Shown: positions 1 through 10,459, counted from the stretch's first letter. The stretch is DNA of 64,000 nt from Myxococcota bacterium (GCA_965247115.1 CBDFGR010000002.1:2048001-2112000), one strand, 5' to 3'. The notes: generated by a model not told the origin, from the letters alone. Numbers and translations are program-made.

Positions 1-89
1 GAGGGTCACCCGAAGGGGCTAGACCTCGCCAGCGCGTACGAGGGCTCGAGCTCGCTGGCCCAGCGGCGCGGGCCGACAGGCGTTCGCTG

Positions 90-2165
90 ATGCCCTATCG
101 GGTCGGTATCGACATCGGGGGAACCTTCACCGATCTGGTCTTCCTGGACGAGAGCGGCAACGTGATCAGCGTCAAGGTGCCGTCGACCCCGACTGATTAT
201 GCGAAAGGGATCGAGTCGGGCCTGGGCGCGCTGCAGCGAGAGGGCCGTATCTCGGGGGACGCGATCAGCGAGATCATTCACGGCACGACGGTCGCCACGA
301 ATACGATCCTCGAGCACAAGGGTGCGCGCACTGGCTTGCTGACGACTGAGGGATTCCGCGATGTCCTGGAGATCCGGCGCCTGCGGATGCCCGTTCTCTA
401 CGATCTGCGCTGGCGAAAGCCGGAGCCCCTCGTGCCGCGGGCGCGGCGTCTCGAGGTGGTGGAACGCGTCGACCACCGCGGCGAGATCGACACCCCGCTC
501 GATCTTGACCAGGCTCGCGAGTCGATCCGGACGCTGCTCGCGACCGACGTATCCGCCATCGCGATCTGCCTTCTGAACGCATACGCCAACGGCGTCCACG
601 AGCGGCAGCTGCGCGAGCTTGTCAGGGAAGAGAGCAGCGACGTTTCGGTGTGCCTGTCCTCCGAGGTGCTTCCCGAGATCAGAGAGTACGAGCGGACCAG
701 CACTACGGTGGTCAACGCGTACATCGCCCCTATGGTCGAGCGCTACATCCGATCGCTCGAAGCGGTGCTTGCGAGACTGAACATCGCGGCTCCCTTTCTC
801 GTGATGCAGTCGAACGGCGGTGCGATGGGGGCGCGGATGGCAGCAGACAAACCCATCCACATCATCGAGTCCGGACCGGCCGCAGGAGTGGTCGGGGGCG
901 CGGAGCTCGCGAAGCGTCTCGAGCTCGAGAATGTGTTGACGTTCGACATGGGGGGCACCACGGCCAAGACCTCGATGGTGGAGAAGGGGCAGTACGACCG
1001 CGTGGGCGAGCTCGACGTTGGCGCCGGCATCAACGCGGCACGCCTCTTGACCGGTGGCGGCTACGTCGTGCGGGTGCCGGCGATCGACATCGCGGAGGTC
1101 GGGGCCGGAGGCGGGAGCCTCGTCGGGATCGACCCCGGCGGCGCACTCACGGTAGGACCGGAGAGCGCCGGCGCCGAGCCCGGTCCGGTCTGTTACGGAC
1201 GCGGGAACGAGACTCCCACCGTGACCGACGCCAATCTCGCGCTCGGCTACCTGAACCCCGCGTACCTCGTGGGCGGGGCGCTCGCCCTCGATCGCGATCG
1301 CGCTCTCGTCGCGATCGAGGAGAAGCTAGCGCGACCTCTCGGGCTCTCGGTCGAGCAGACGGCTCACGGCGTCCACACCGTGGCCAACGCGGCGATGAGC
1401 CGAGCGTTGCGCTCCGTTTCCAGTGAGAGGGGGCGGGATCCGCGCGACTTCGCGCTTGTCGCCTTCGGCGGCAACGGTGGAGTCCATGCGGCATCGCTGG
1501 CGGAGCTGATGGGCATGACCGAGATCGTCATTCCGCCGGTGGCCGGTGTATACAGCGCCCTGGGACTGCTGTTCCCCGAGACCCAGCATCACTACGTGCG
1601 CACGTTCAAACATGCGCTCGATGCAATGGATCAGACACGCCTGGAGAGCGGCTTCGGTGTGCTGGAGGCAGAGGGGCGAGCCGCGCTGGCCGAGGAAGGC
1701 TATGCCGATCGGACCCGGCTCGAGCGTCTCGTGGATATGCGCTACGCGGGCGAGAACTCCGAGCTCACCGTCCCGGCGCCGGTCGGCATCGATGCCCCCG
1801 GGCTCGCAGAGGCCTTTCACCGCGCTCACGACCGAACCTACGGCTACCGGTCAGAGGAAGAGACGGTCGAGCTCATCAACGTGCGGGTGATTGCGACCGG
1901 CCTCTCCGAGAGCGGTCGGGTCCCGGACGAGTTGCGCTCGGTCGTGACGGCCGACGTCGTCCGCGAGCTCGAGCCGCGTGAGGCGTATTTCGGGAGCGAG
2001 CACGACTGGCTCAAGACGCCGGTGGTGGAGCGGGATGGGCTCGATCGCGATCCCCGCGCCGGTCCCCTCATCGTCGAGGACTACGCTGCGACCACGGTCG
2101 TCCCACCGGGTGCCACGATTCGTCGATGCGATTGGGATGTCCTGCGCATCGATCTTGCTCCGTAG
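90..2165 (+). CDS. Hydantoinase A / 5-oxoprolinase family ATP-binding subunit
   Basis: 691-aa ORF with GIDIGGTFTD, IHGTTVATN, ESGPAAG, DMGGTT and GPESAGAEPGP motifs; followed by the B subunit. Confidence 0.93.
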   Translation: MPYRVGIDIGGTFTDLVFLDESGNVISVKVPSTPTDYAKGIESGLGALQREGRISGDAISEIIHGTTVATNTILEHKGARTGLLTTEGFRDVLEIRRLRMPVLYDLRWRKPEPLVPRARRLEVVERVDHRGEIDTPLDLDQARESIRTLLATDVSAIAICLLNAYANGVHERQLRELVREESSDVSVCLSSEVLPEIREYERTSTTVVNAYIAPMVERYIRSLEAVLARLNIAAPFLVMQSNGGAMGARMAADKPIHIIESGPAAGVVGGAELAKRLELENVLTFDMGGTTAKTSMVEKGQYDRVGELDVGAGINAARLLTGGGYVVRVPAIDIAEVGAGGGSLVGIDPGGALTVGPESAGAEPGPVCYGRGNETPTVTDANLALGYLNPAYLVGGALALDRDRALVAIEEKLARPLGLSVEQTAHGVHTVANAAMSRALRSVSSERGRDPRDFALVAFGGNGGVHAASLAELMGMTEIVIPPVAGVYSALGLLFPETQHHYVRTFKHALDAMDQTRLESGFGVLEAEGRAALAEEGYADRTRLERLVDMRYAGENSELTVPAPVGIDAPGLAEAFHRAHDRTYGYRSEEETVELINVRVIATGLSESGRVPDELRSVVTADVVRELEPREAYFGSEHDWLKTPVVERDGLDRDPRAGPLIVEDYAATTVVPPGATIRRCDWDVLRIDLAP

Positions 2166-2174
2166 CGGGGAGAG

Positions 2175-3905
2175 ATGAACGAGCCATTCACGCTAGAGCT
2201 GCTGAAGAACGGGCTTCAGACGATCTCCGACGAGATGGCGGTCACCGTGGCCCGTACCGCGCGATCCTTCGTCGTCAAGGAGGCTCTGGACTTCTCGACC
2301 GCGCTATTCGACGAGCGCGGGACCCTCATCTCCCAGGGCACGTGCCTGCCGCTCCATCTCGGCAGCATGCCGTCTGCCGTCGAGGCGGTTCGCAACCGCT
2401 ACGGCAGCGACCTGCATCCGGGCGATATCTTCGCCCTCAACGATCCCTACGAGGGTGGGACCCATCTCCCCGACATCATCTGCGTGCAGCCCGTCTTTCT
2501 CGCCCAGGACCTGGTCGGATTCTCCACGACCCTGGCTCATCAGACCGACATCGGTGGACGGGTGCCGGGCGGCAACGCGAGCGATTCGACCGAGATCTAC
2601 CAGGAAGGGCTCCGCATCCCGCCGCTCAGGCTCTTCTCGCGAGGAGAGCCAAACGAAACGTTGTTCCGGCTGCTCAGCATCAACGTCCGGGTGCCGGACA
2701 AGGTGCTCGGAGACGTCCGGAGCCAGGTCGCGGCGTGCCGCACCGGGGAGCGACGGCTCATGGATCTCATCCGTCGGGTCGGTGGCATAGCCCCCTTCCG
2801 CAGCAACACGCGGGCCCTGCTCGACTACACCGAGCGCTTCACCCGTTCCGAGCTCTCCAAGCTTCCCGGTGGACGCTACGAGTTCGTGGACTACCTCGAC
2901 GGCGACGGTATCGAGCCGGGCGTGATCGAGTTCCGGGTCGCGATAACGGTCGAAGGCGATCACATGACGGTGGATTTCACCGGCACCTCTCCCCAGGTCC
3001 GGGGCGCGATCAACTCCGTGTACTCGTTCACCGCGTCCGCGGCATGGGCGTGCGTGCGTTCGATCCTCGACCGCGATATCCCCAACAACGCCGGCTTCTT
3101 CCGGCCGATCGAGGTCATCGCTCCCAAGGGCACGATCGTCAACCCGCTTCCGCCGGCTCCGGTTGCTGCTCGCGGGCTAACCGGGTTTCGCATTGCAGAC
3201 ACGGTGTTCGGTGCGCTCGCCAAGATCCGGCCTGAGCTGGTTCCCGCCTCCGGTTCGAGCTCACCCGATGCCGGGGTGAGCTTCGGCGGCTACGCCAAGG
3301 ACGGCAAGCCCTTCGTCTTCCTCGAGTTCCTGGTGGGCTCGTGGGGCGGCGGGCCCGACCGGGACGGGATGGATGCTTGCACCGGAATGATCATCAACTA
3401 CTCGAATACTCCGGCCGAGCTGCTGGAGACGGAGCAGCCGCTGCGGGTCGACCGGTACGCATTCGTTCCGGACAGCGGAGGAGAGGGGCGCTACCGAGGG
3501 GGCCTGGCCATGGAACGCCATCTGCGTGTCCTGGCTGACGAGGCGATCCTGCAGATCCGCTCCGACCGGCGCGATGTCCCACCGTACGGACTCGAAGGCG
3601 GCGCCACCGGTGCGCCCTCCAGCGTCTCGATTCTCCGAGCGGATGGAGAGGAGCACGAGTATCCCGCCAAGTTCCTGACCAACGTCTACAAGGGCGACGT
3701 GCTAAAGGTCAGGCTCGCAGGTGGTGGCGGTTACGGCGATCCACTATCCCGACCGCCCGAATCGGTACTGGAAGACGTCATCCATGAGAAGATCTCAGCG
3801 GCGGGAGCGGCCCGAGACTACGGGGTAGCGATTCGGGGCACACCACCCCGGATCGATGCCGACGAGACGCTCCTGCTCCGCAAGAGGGGGCGGGCCGCGC
3901 CCTGA
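2175..3905 (+). CDS. Hydantoinase B / 5-oxoprolinase family subunit
   Basis: 576 aa with LNDPYEGGTHLPD, HQTDIGG, EIYQEG and DSGGEGRYRGG motifs; 9 bp after the A subunit. Confidence 0.93.
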   Translation: MNEPFTLELLKNGLQTISDEMAVTVARTARSFVVKEALDFSTALFDERGTLISQGTCLPLHLGSMPSAVEAVRNRYGSDLHPGDIFALNDPYEGGTHLPDIICVQPVFLAQDLVGFSTTLAHQTDIGGRVPGGNASDSTEIYQEGLRIPPLRLFSRGEPNETLFRLLSINVRVPDKVLGDVRSQVAACRTGERRLMDLIRRVGGIAPFRSNTRALLDYTERFTRSELSKLPGGRYEFVDYLDGDGIEPGVIEFRVAITVEGDHMTVDFTGTSPQVRGAINSVYSFTASAAWACVRSILDRDIPNNAGFFRPIEVIAPKGTIVNPLPPAPVAARGLTGFRIADTVFGALAKIRPELVPASGSSSPDAGVSFGGYAKDGKPFVFLEFLVGSWGGGPDRDGMDACTGMIINYSNTPAELLETEQPLRVDRYAFVPDSGGEGRYRGGLAMERHLRVLADEAILQIRSDRRDVPPYGLEGGATGAPSSVSILRADGEEHEYPAKFLTNVYKGDVLKVRLAGGGGYGDPLSRPPESVLEDVIHEKISAAGAARDYGVAIRGTPPRIDADETLLLRKRGRAAP

Positions 3906-3938
3906 TTGATTCGAATTGGCAATTTATAGGAGTCCCCA

Positions 3939-5132
3939 ATGCAGGCACCTCTCCGCTTCGGAATTTTTCTCGCACCGTTTCACCCGGCCGGCCAGAACCC
4001 CACCCTGGCGCTAGAGCGCGACCTCGAGCTGATCGAGCTACTGGATGTACTTGGCTACGACGAGGCGTGGATCGGCGAACACCATTCTGCGGGACTCGAG
4101 ATCATCGCGTCTCCCGAGGTGTTCATCGCGGCGGCCGCCGGGCGCACGCGTCACATTCGGCTGGGGACTGGGGTGAGCTCCCTTCCCTATCACCATCCGC
4201 TGATCCTGGCGGACCGCATGGTGCAGCTCGACCACATGACCCGAGGACGCACCATGTTCGGCGTGGGTCCAGGTGCCTTGCCGTCGGATGCCGCGATGCA
4301 GGGAATCGACGCCGGGCATCAGCGCCGCCGGATGGAGGAGTCCCTCGAAGCCATCATGGCGCTGCTGACTTCCGACGAGCCGGTGACCAGGGAGACCGAC
4401 TGGTTCACGCTGAACGAGGCGCGTCTGCAGCTGCGTCCCTACACGCACCCTCATTTCGAGATCGCGGTGGCAGCCATGGTGTCTCCGGCGGGCCCGCGCA
4501 CGGCGGGGCGTTTCGGCGCCGGACTGTTGTCCCTGGGCGCCACCAGCGCGGGCGGCTTCAAGGTGCTCGGGGATCACTGGAAGGTCTGGAGCGAGCAGGC
4601 CGAGGAGTCGGGCTTCAGCGCACAGCGCTCGGCCTGGCGCGCCGTGGGTCCGATGCACATAGCGGCGACCCGCGAGCAGGCCTTCGCCGACGTCGAGTAT
4701 GGCATCCACGAATGGATCGACTACTTCCGCAATGTCGTGGTGCTGCCGATGGCACCGGACGAGCCCGATCCCAAGAAGTGGGTCCAGGCCTTGGTGGAGT
4801 GCGGCAATGCGGTGATCGGTACGCCGGATGATGCAGCGGCGCAGCTCGAACGCCTGCAGAAGCAGACCGACGGCTTTGGGTGCTACCTGTTGATGGCCCA
4901 CGATTGGGCCGACTGGGACGCGACGCGACGCTCCTACTCGCTCCTCGCAAAGGAAGTCTTCCCCGCCTTCCAGGGCTCCGCCGAGCGTGCGGTGGGCTCC
5001 CGCGAGTGGGCCCGAGAGGGACACGACCGCTTCATGGGCGCGGGCATGGCCGCCGTGCAAGAGGAGATCGACCGGCACGCCGCGAAGACCGGCTATCAGG
5101 TGGGGCCGCCGATCGAAGGATCCGAGGACTGA
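3939..5132 (+). CDS. LLM-class flavin-dependent monooxygenase (limonene monooxygenase-like)
   Basis: FGIFLAPFH, GYDEAWIGEHHS and LGTGVSSLPYHHP motifs; AGGAG RBS. Confidence 0.88.
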   Translation: MQAPLRFGIFLAPFHPAGQNPTLALERDLELIELLDVLGYDEAWIGEHHSAGLEIIASPEVFIAAAAGRTRHIRLGTGVSSLPYHHPLILADRMVQLDHMTRGRTMFGVGPGALPSDAAMQGIDAGHQRRRMEESLEAIMALLTSDEPVTRETDWFTLNEARLQLRPYTHPHFEIAVAAMVSPAGPRTAGRFGAGLLSLGATSAGGFKVLGDHWKVWSEQAEESGFSAQRSAWRAVGPMHIAATREQAFADVEYGIHEWIDYFRNVVVLPMAPDEPDPKKWVQALVECGNAVIGTPDDAAAQLERLQKQTDGFGCYLLMAHDWADWDATRRSYSLLAKEVFPAFQGSAERAVGSREWAREGHDRFMGAGMAAVQEEIDRHAAKTGYQVGPPIEGSED

Positions 5133-5207
5133 TACGTCGAAGGGGATTCCGCCGAAGAGCTGGCTTGGGGGCGTTGGGCTGTACCACGTTTGTGGCATGT
5201 GCCCGCG

Positions 5208-5708
5208 TCACACGCCGGGCGGCCCCCGTTGTGGACCGGCTTGCGGCTCGAACTTCGGGACATACCGGTTGAAGACGACGCGCCACGCGTCCATCTCGAA
5301 CTCTGTGGGAGTCCGCTCGGCGAGCACCGCTTCCAGATCCGAAAGGCACATCTCCCAGCCGGCGGCGTCCCTCGCCGCGATCGAGCTGTCTTCGAAGCTC
5401 TCTGAGAAGATCAGCCTGCAGTTGTCTCCCTCCGCGATCAGCTCGCAGCGCAGGACGCTCTCGCCCCACCGGTACGCGAGCAGCCGTGGCGGATCTACGG
5501 CCAGGACCTCTCCGCGGAAGTCCTCGCTCTTCATGACAAAGCGCAGCTTGGCGCCCACGGTCCACTCCCCCTCCACCTCCTGGGGGAACCACTGGTTCAG
5601 CAGGCCCGGTTCCGTCAGCACCCGCCACACCTTCTCCGGTGGATGAGCCAGCTGCCGTTCGAACCGCACCGTGTATGTCGGCCCATCCTTCGTTAACGAA
5701 GCGTCCAT
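5208..5708 (-). CDS. SRPBCC/Aha1-like domain protein
   Basis: VRFERQLAHPPEKVWRVLTEP and AAGWEMCL motifs; start reassigned to the ATG at 5708, directly after the ArsR gene. Confidence 0.85.
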   Translation of the reverse strand: MDASLTKDGPTYTVRFERQLAHPPEKVWRVLTEPGLLNQWFPQEVEGEWTVGAKLRFVMKSEDFRGEVLAVDPPRLLAYRWGESVLRCELIAEGDNCRLIFSESFEDSSIAARDAAGWEMCLSDLEAVLAERTPTEFEMDAWRVVFNRYVPKFEPQAGPQRGPPGV

Positions 5709-5709
5709 C

Positions 5710-6024
5710 TCAATCCTCCTCCATTGACTCCAGGGTTCGTTCCATCGCATCCAGGTGCTCGTTCCAGAAGTCGCGGTACGGGGCCAGCCACTCGTCCACC
5801 TCGCGCAGCCCGGCGGCGTCGAGGCGATAGATCCGCCGCTGCGCATCTACCCGGACCGTCGCCAGCCCTGCCTCCCGCAACACCCGGAGCTGCTTCGAGA
5901 CCGCCGGCTGGTTCATCTCCAGCCGCTCGACCAGCTCACCTACCGACCGCTCCCCCGCCCGCAGCTCGTCGAGCACGCGCCTTCGCGTTGGGTCGGCCAG
6001 AAGCTCGAACGCCGTCGTCATCAT
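5710..6024 (-). CDS. ArsR/SmtB family transcriptional regulator
   Basis: LADPTRRRVL and QPAVSKQLRVLREAGL motifs; typical ArsR-SRPBCC pair. Confidence 0.92.
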   Translation of the reverse strand: MMTTAFELLADPTRRRVLDELRAGERSVGELVERLEMNQPAVSKQLRVLREAGLATVRVDAQRRIYRLDAAGLREVDEWLAPYRDFWNEHLDAMERTLESMEED

Positions 6025-6030
6025 TTCGGC

Positions 6031-6070
6031 TAAAGTGCCTCAATCGGCATATGCCTGTCAAGGCATTTTA
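6031..6070 (-). promoter_or_regulatory. Putative arsR promoter with tandem TGCC-N6-GGCA operators
   Basis: TTGACA on the minus strand (6061-6056); two TGCC-N6-GGCA palindromes (6036-6049, 6052-6065) inside a 40-bp imperfect palindrome. Confidence 0.6.
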
Positions 6071-6289
6071 CCTCGAAAACAGCAAGAGCTACCGCTGAGC
6101 CCAGGCTCCTGCCTCAGGCGCGCTCCTCGGATCTCCCGCGTAACACGGCGCTGGCAAGGACGTAGTCGTCCACGGGTCGGGAGCGCTAGACGCTGAAGGT
6201 TGGTGCCATTGACCGCGCGATTGACGGTCGAGACGGCGGCAGCACAATCGGCCAGTACTTGCCGCCGACCCTGGGCGCAGAGGTTTGCA

Positions 6290-6553
6290 CGTTCTCACCG
6301 CGGCTCCGTAGGTGCGTGGCCTCGAGGACCCGACCTGATCCCAACCCAACCCAGAGATGTCGAAGAAGTTCGTGATGTATACCTTGTCGTTCCAGTTTCT
6401 CACCCAGACGCTGATCTCCGTTCGCTCATCGGGAAGCAGATAGGAGAGGTTGCCGTTCACTAGCCAGACTGGCCCCTGCCTGGCCCGCTTGATGTTCTCG
6501 GCCAGGTAAAAGACCTCGTCGCTGTAGCTCGCGCCAACTTGCCCTCGCAGCAC
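6290..6553 (-). pseudogene. TonB-dependent receptor C-terminal fragment
   Basis: ISVWVRNWNDKVY...RPRTYGAAVR barrel end; no N-terminus and no terminal Phe. Confidence 0.7.
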
Positions 6554-6957
6554 CGCTCCTCAAGCCGCCCTATGGGCGCATCACGGCGATCGATCTGAAT
6601 ACCGGCGAGCACATGTGGATGGCCCCCAACGGAGACGGGCCTCGCAATCACCCGCGCTTGCAACACCTGAATCTGCCTCCCCTGGGTCAACAAGGCCGGG
6701 CGGCTCCTCTTCTCACAGAGACACTGCTCTTTATCGGTGAGGGCGATCCGATCATTCTTGGTACCCCGAAAGGCGGAGGCGGAAACAAGTTTCGCGCCTA
6801 CGACAAAGCCACGGGCAGCGTCGTGTGGGAGACCGAGCTGGCAGCGGGGACCACCGGAGCGCCGATGAGCTACCTGTGGAACGGCAAGCAGTACATCGTG
6901 GTGGCCATCGGCGGCGAGGATCATCCGGCTGAGTGGGTGGCGCTCGGTCTTCCCTGA
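6553..6957 (+). pseudogene. C-terminal fragment of a PQQ dehydrogenase; diverged copy of 10000-10404
   Basis: Collinear with the last 405 nt of the PQQ gene, with scattered mostly synonymous differences; no 5' part. Confidence 0.88.
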
Positions 6958-7009
6958 TGGCACCAAGATTACTTTGGCGACGGCGGGAAGGTGGATCTGA
7001 AGAGGGACC

Positions 7010-8134
7010 TCACACCAACACCTCGTCGGGTTCGGCCAGTCGATAGCTGGTGCTTCGACCACGGCCCGGGTTCTTCACGACGATGCCCCGCTCCAACAGC
7101 TCGCGAATGTCTCGAAGCGCCGTGTCATTGGAGCACTTTGCGAGCTTGGCGTACTTCGACGTGGTCAGGTGACCTTTGAAATCGTCGAGCATGTGGTTGA
7201 TGACCTTTCGTTGCCGCTCACTCACGGGGTTCGGATTGATTCGCTCCCAGAGCCGGGCCTTGAGAAGGACGGACGACAGCCTCTCGTCCGTATCTTCGAT
7301 GGTTCGATCGAGGCAACCGAGGAACCACTCGAGCCATCCAGTGATATCCAGGCCGCCCCGCTGCGCGGCTTCCAGCTGGAGGTAGTACTCCCTTCGCTCG
7401 GCCTCGATTCCCGAAGACATGCTGTAAAAGCGGTCCCTCGTACCGTCTGCTTGCGAGAGGGCCATATCAGCGATCGCGCGGGCGATTCGCCCATTCCCGT
7501 CTTCGAACGGGTGGACCGTGACGAACCAGAGGTGCGCAACCGCGGCCTTGAGAACGGGATCGATCTCTGAAGACTCGGCGAACCACTCGAGAAACGACTC
7601 CATCTCGGCTTGAAGGCGCTCAGCGCCGGGTGCCTGGAAGTGCATCTTCTCGCGGCCGACGGGTCCGGAGACAATCTGCATCGGACCTGCTTCCCGGGTG
7701 CGCCATGCGCCGACGGTGATGCGACGCATACCGCTTCGACCCGTCGGAAACAGAGCGGCGTGCCAGTCGAACAGACGCTCCGCTGTGAGCGGCTCGTCGA
7801 AGTTCCGCGTGGCATCGAGCATCATCTCGACGATGCCTTCGACTTCTCGTCCGGGCACGATGAGGCCCCCGACATCGAGACCGAGCTTGCGAGCGATCGA
7901 CGAACGGACCTCCTCGGGGTTGAGGTGTTCCCCCTCGATGGCCGATGACTTCACGACTTCATCCGCGAGTGCGGTGAGGCTGGCCTCTGCGCGAAGCTCG
8001 AAGCCCAGGGCCTCCATCTTCCCGATGTGCCTGCCCTGCTTGTGGCGCACGGCTGCAAGGACTCCGGCCAGTCCCTCGCCATCCCAGGTGAAGTGCGGCC
8101 ATTCAGGCCGCTCGTGGATGAATGTCACTTTCAC
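7010..8134 (-). CDS. Fic family protein (DUF4172-type N-terminus, Fic domain, C-terminal HTH)
   Basis: Canonical HPFEDGNGRIAR motif, SSAIEG inhibitory-helix motif, and CSNDTALRDI...GRSTSY tail. Confidence 0.92.
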   Translation of the reverse strand: MKVTFIHERPEWPHFTWDGEGLAGVLAAVRHKQGRHIGKMEALGFELRAEASLTALADEVVKSSAIEGEHLNPEEVRSSIARKLGLDVGGLIVPGREVEGIVEMMLDATRNFDEPLTAERLFDWHAALFPTGRSGMRRITVGAWRTREAGPMQIVSGPVGREKMHFQAPGAERLQAEMESFLEWFAESSEIDPVLKAAVAHLWFVTVHPFEDGNGRIARAIADMALSQADGTRDRFYSMSSGIEAERREYYLQLEAAQRGGLDITGWLEWFLGCLDRTIEDTDERLSSVLLKARLWERINPNPVSERQRKVINHMLDDFKGHLTTSKYAKLAKCSNDTALRDIRELLERGIVVKNPGRGRSTSYRLAEPDEVLV

Positions 8135-8208
8135 CGCGTCTCTTGCGGTGATTGTACCCGCTATTCACCGCATCGGCGACTATTCACCGCGGGATGTGCG
8201 GTGAATAG
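8131..8208. promoter_or_regulatory. Operator array upstream of the Fic gene (TCACCGC-N7-GCGGTGA)
   Basis: Palindromes at 8131-8151 and 8184-8204, plus a half-site at 8165-8171; CTATTCACCGC occurs twice directly and once inverted. Confidence 0.65.
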
Positions 8209-8403
8209 AGGGCCCAATCTCCGCCAGGCTGGTGCATACATCTGTCAAGTTATTGAAATGAAAGGGATATTTTCCTCCTACCCGGCGATCTTTTTCGATC
8301 TCGGCGGTATGCTGTTCAGCTACCGCGGTCTGAGTGCTCGACTTTCTCGACGGAAGTGGAGCGGAGCTGAGGCGCCGCGATTACTGTGCACGAGGCCATC
8401 GTA

Positions 8404-10404
8404 ATGGACGCTGACGTAGCCGGGCCAGCCGCTGTCGGGCAGCGGACTCGACGCATCTTGATAGCGGGGCTCTGCTTCGGCCTCCTCGCGGTGCCGGCGG
8501 GCGAGGTCCATGCCCAGCAGTCGGCGATCCATGGGGAATGGCGCAGTTACGGAGCTGACAGAGCGAACACGAAGTACACGCCCCTGGCGCAGATCGATCG
8601 TGACAACGTCAGCAAGCTTCGCGTGCTCTGGCGTCGGCCGGGCGTGGATCCGAAGCTCAGCGAGACGTTTCCCGACCTGAACCCCTCCGGCGACTTCCGC
8701 GCGACGCCGCTCATGCACGGCGGCGTGCTCTACACATCGAACAGCGTCGGGCTGGTGGAGGCGCTCGATCCCGGGACCGGCGAGACCCTCTGGATTCAGG
8801 AGCCCCTGCATGAGGGATTCCGGGGCGTGTCCGGGCGGAGCACGCGGGGTGTCGCTCACTGGAGCAGCGGTTCGAGCCAGCGGATCTTCTCGGTTCGAGA
8901 CGACTACCTCGTGTCGATGAGCGCGGAGACCGGGAGCCTGGTTCGAGACTTTGGCGACGGCGGGAAGGTGAATCTGCGGAGGAACGGGCCTACTCCAGTT
9001 CCCGCCGGCGGGTCGGCGGGCCCCATCGTCGTGGGCGACGTGGTCATCGTCGGCGGAGGCGGCAGCGCCGACGGTTCGGTGGTGAAGGAGGGGCCTCCCG
9101 AGGACATCCGGGCCTTTGACGTGAGGACCGGTCGTCTGCGCTGGACCTTCCATGTGATGCCGCGGCCGGGGGAATTCGGATTCGAGACATGGGAAGACGA
9201 CTCCGGGAAAAAGAGCGGGGCCATGGGCGGTTGGGCGCCCCTCACCGTTGATGAGGAGCTGGGCTACGTCTATGTGGCCCTGTCGTCCCCCATGCACGCG
9301 TTCTACGGCGGCGACCGGCCCGGACAGAACCTCTTCGGCAACAGCCTCGTGTGCCTCGACGCCAGGACCGGCGAGCGGGTGTGGCACTACCAGCTCGTGC
9401 ATCACGACCTGTGGGACTACGACCTGCCGGCCGCGCCGGTGCTCGGCGATATCACAGTCAACGGGAAGGAGATCCAGGCGGTGATGCAAATCACCAAGCA
9501 TGCCTTCCTGTTCGTGTTTGACCGCGTGACGGGGGAGCCTGTGTGGCCGATTGAAGAGCGGCCGGTGCCTGCGTCCACGACGCCGGGGGAGAGGGCGTGG
9601 CCGACACAGCCCTTCCCGACCAAGCCAGCCCCGTTCGACCGTCTAGGGGTCAGCGTCGACGATCTGATCGATTTCACGCCGGAGCTGCGGGCGGAGGCGC
9701 TCGAGATCGTCAAGCCGTACGTTCTCGGGCCGATCTTCACGCCACCGTCGGTGGCGGCTCCGGGGCATACCCAGGGAACGATCACCCTTCCCGGCACGGC
9801 TGGTGGCGGGAACTGGAACGGTGGGGCGTTCGACCCCGAGACGGGGATCTTCTATGTCGCCTCGCACACGCACACCTGGGTAAGCGATCTCGTCAGGCCC
9901 TCCCCGTTGGTCAAGGCGACGACGCCGTACATACACGGGGCAGTAGCGGAGGGTCTCGACTGCTGTGATGGGTTCTTCGCCTATGGCCCGGACGGCCTGC
10001 CACTCGTCAAGCCGCCCTATGGGCGCATTACGGCGATCGATCTGAATACGGGCGAGCACGTGTGGATGGCGCCCAACGGAGACGGGCCGCGCAACCACCC
10101 GCGGCTGCGGCACCTGAACCTGCCTCCCCTTGGGCAGCAGGGCCGGCCCGCCCCTCTTCTCACGAAGACGCTGCTCTTCATCGGTGAGGGGGATCCGATC
10201 ATCGTGGCGACTCCGAAAGGCGGTGGGGGAAACAAGTTTCGCGCCTACGACAAGGCCACGGGCAGTGTCGTGTGGGAAACCGAGCTCGCGGCAGGGACGA
10301 CGGGCGCGCCGATGAGCTACCTGTGGAACGGCAAGCAGTACATCGTGGTGGCCATCGGCGGCGAGGATCACCCCGCTGAGTGGGTGGCGCTGGGTCTTCC
10401 CTGA
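8404..10404 (+). CDS. PQQ-dependent dehydrogenase (glucose/quinate family), secreted
   Basis: Signal-peptide-like N-terminus; EWRSYGAD, WHYQLVHHDLWDYD and KPPYGRITAIDLNTGEHVW motifs; start uncertain. Confidence 0.9.
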   Translation: MDADVAGPAAVGQRTRRILIAGLCFGLLAVPAGEVHAQQSAIHGEWRSYGADRANTKYTPLAQIDRDNVSKLRVLWRRPGVDPKLSETFPDLNPSGDFRATPLMHGGVLYTSNSVGLVEALDPGTGETLWIQEPLHEGFRGVSGRSTRGVAHWSSGSSQRIFSVRDDYLVSMSAETGSLVRDFGDGGKVNLRRNGPTPVPAGGSAGPIVVGDVVIVGGGGSADGSVVKEGPPEDIRAFDVRTGRLRWTFHVMPRPGEFGFETWEDDSGKKSGAMGGWAPLTVDEELGYVYVALSSPMHAFYGGDRPGQNLFGNSLVCLDARTGERVWHYQLVHHDLWDYDLPAAPVLGDITVNGKEIQAVMQITKHAFLFVFDRVTGEPVWPIEERPVPASTTPGERAWPTQPFPTKPAPFDRLGVSVDDLIDFTPELRAEALEIVKPYVLGPIFTPPSVAAPGHTQGTITLPGTAGGGNWNGGAFDPETGIFYVASHTHTWVSDLVRPSPLVKATTPYIHGAVAEGLDCCDGFFAYGPDGLPLVKPPYGRITAIDLNTGEHVWMAPNGDGPRNHPRLRHLNLPPLGQQGRPAPLLTKTLLFIGEGDPIIVATPKGGGGNKFRAYDKATGSVVWETELAAGTTGAPMSYLWNGKQYIVVAIGGEDHPAEWVALGLP

Positions 10405-10459
10405 GGCGCCGCGCTCCGCTCGACTCGAGCGTCACGGGGATCGAGGCGCTCCGGCCTCG

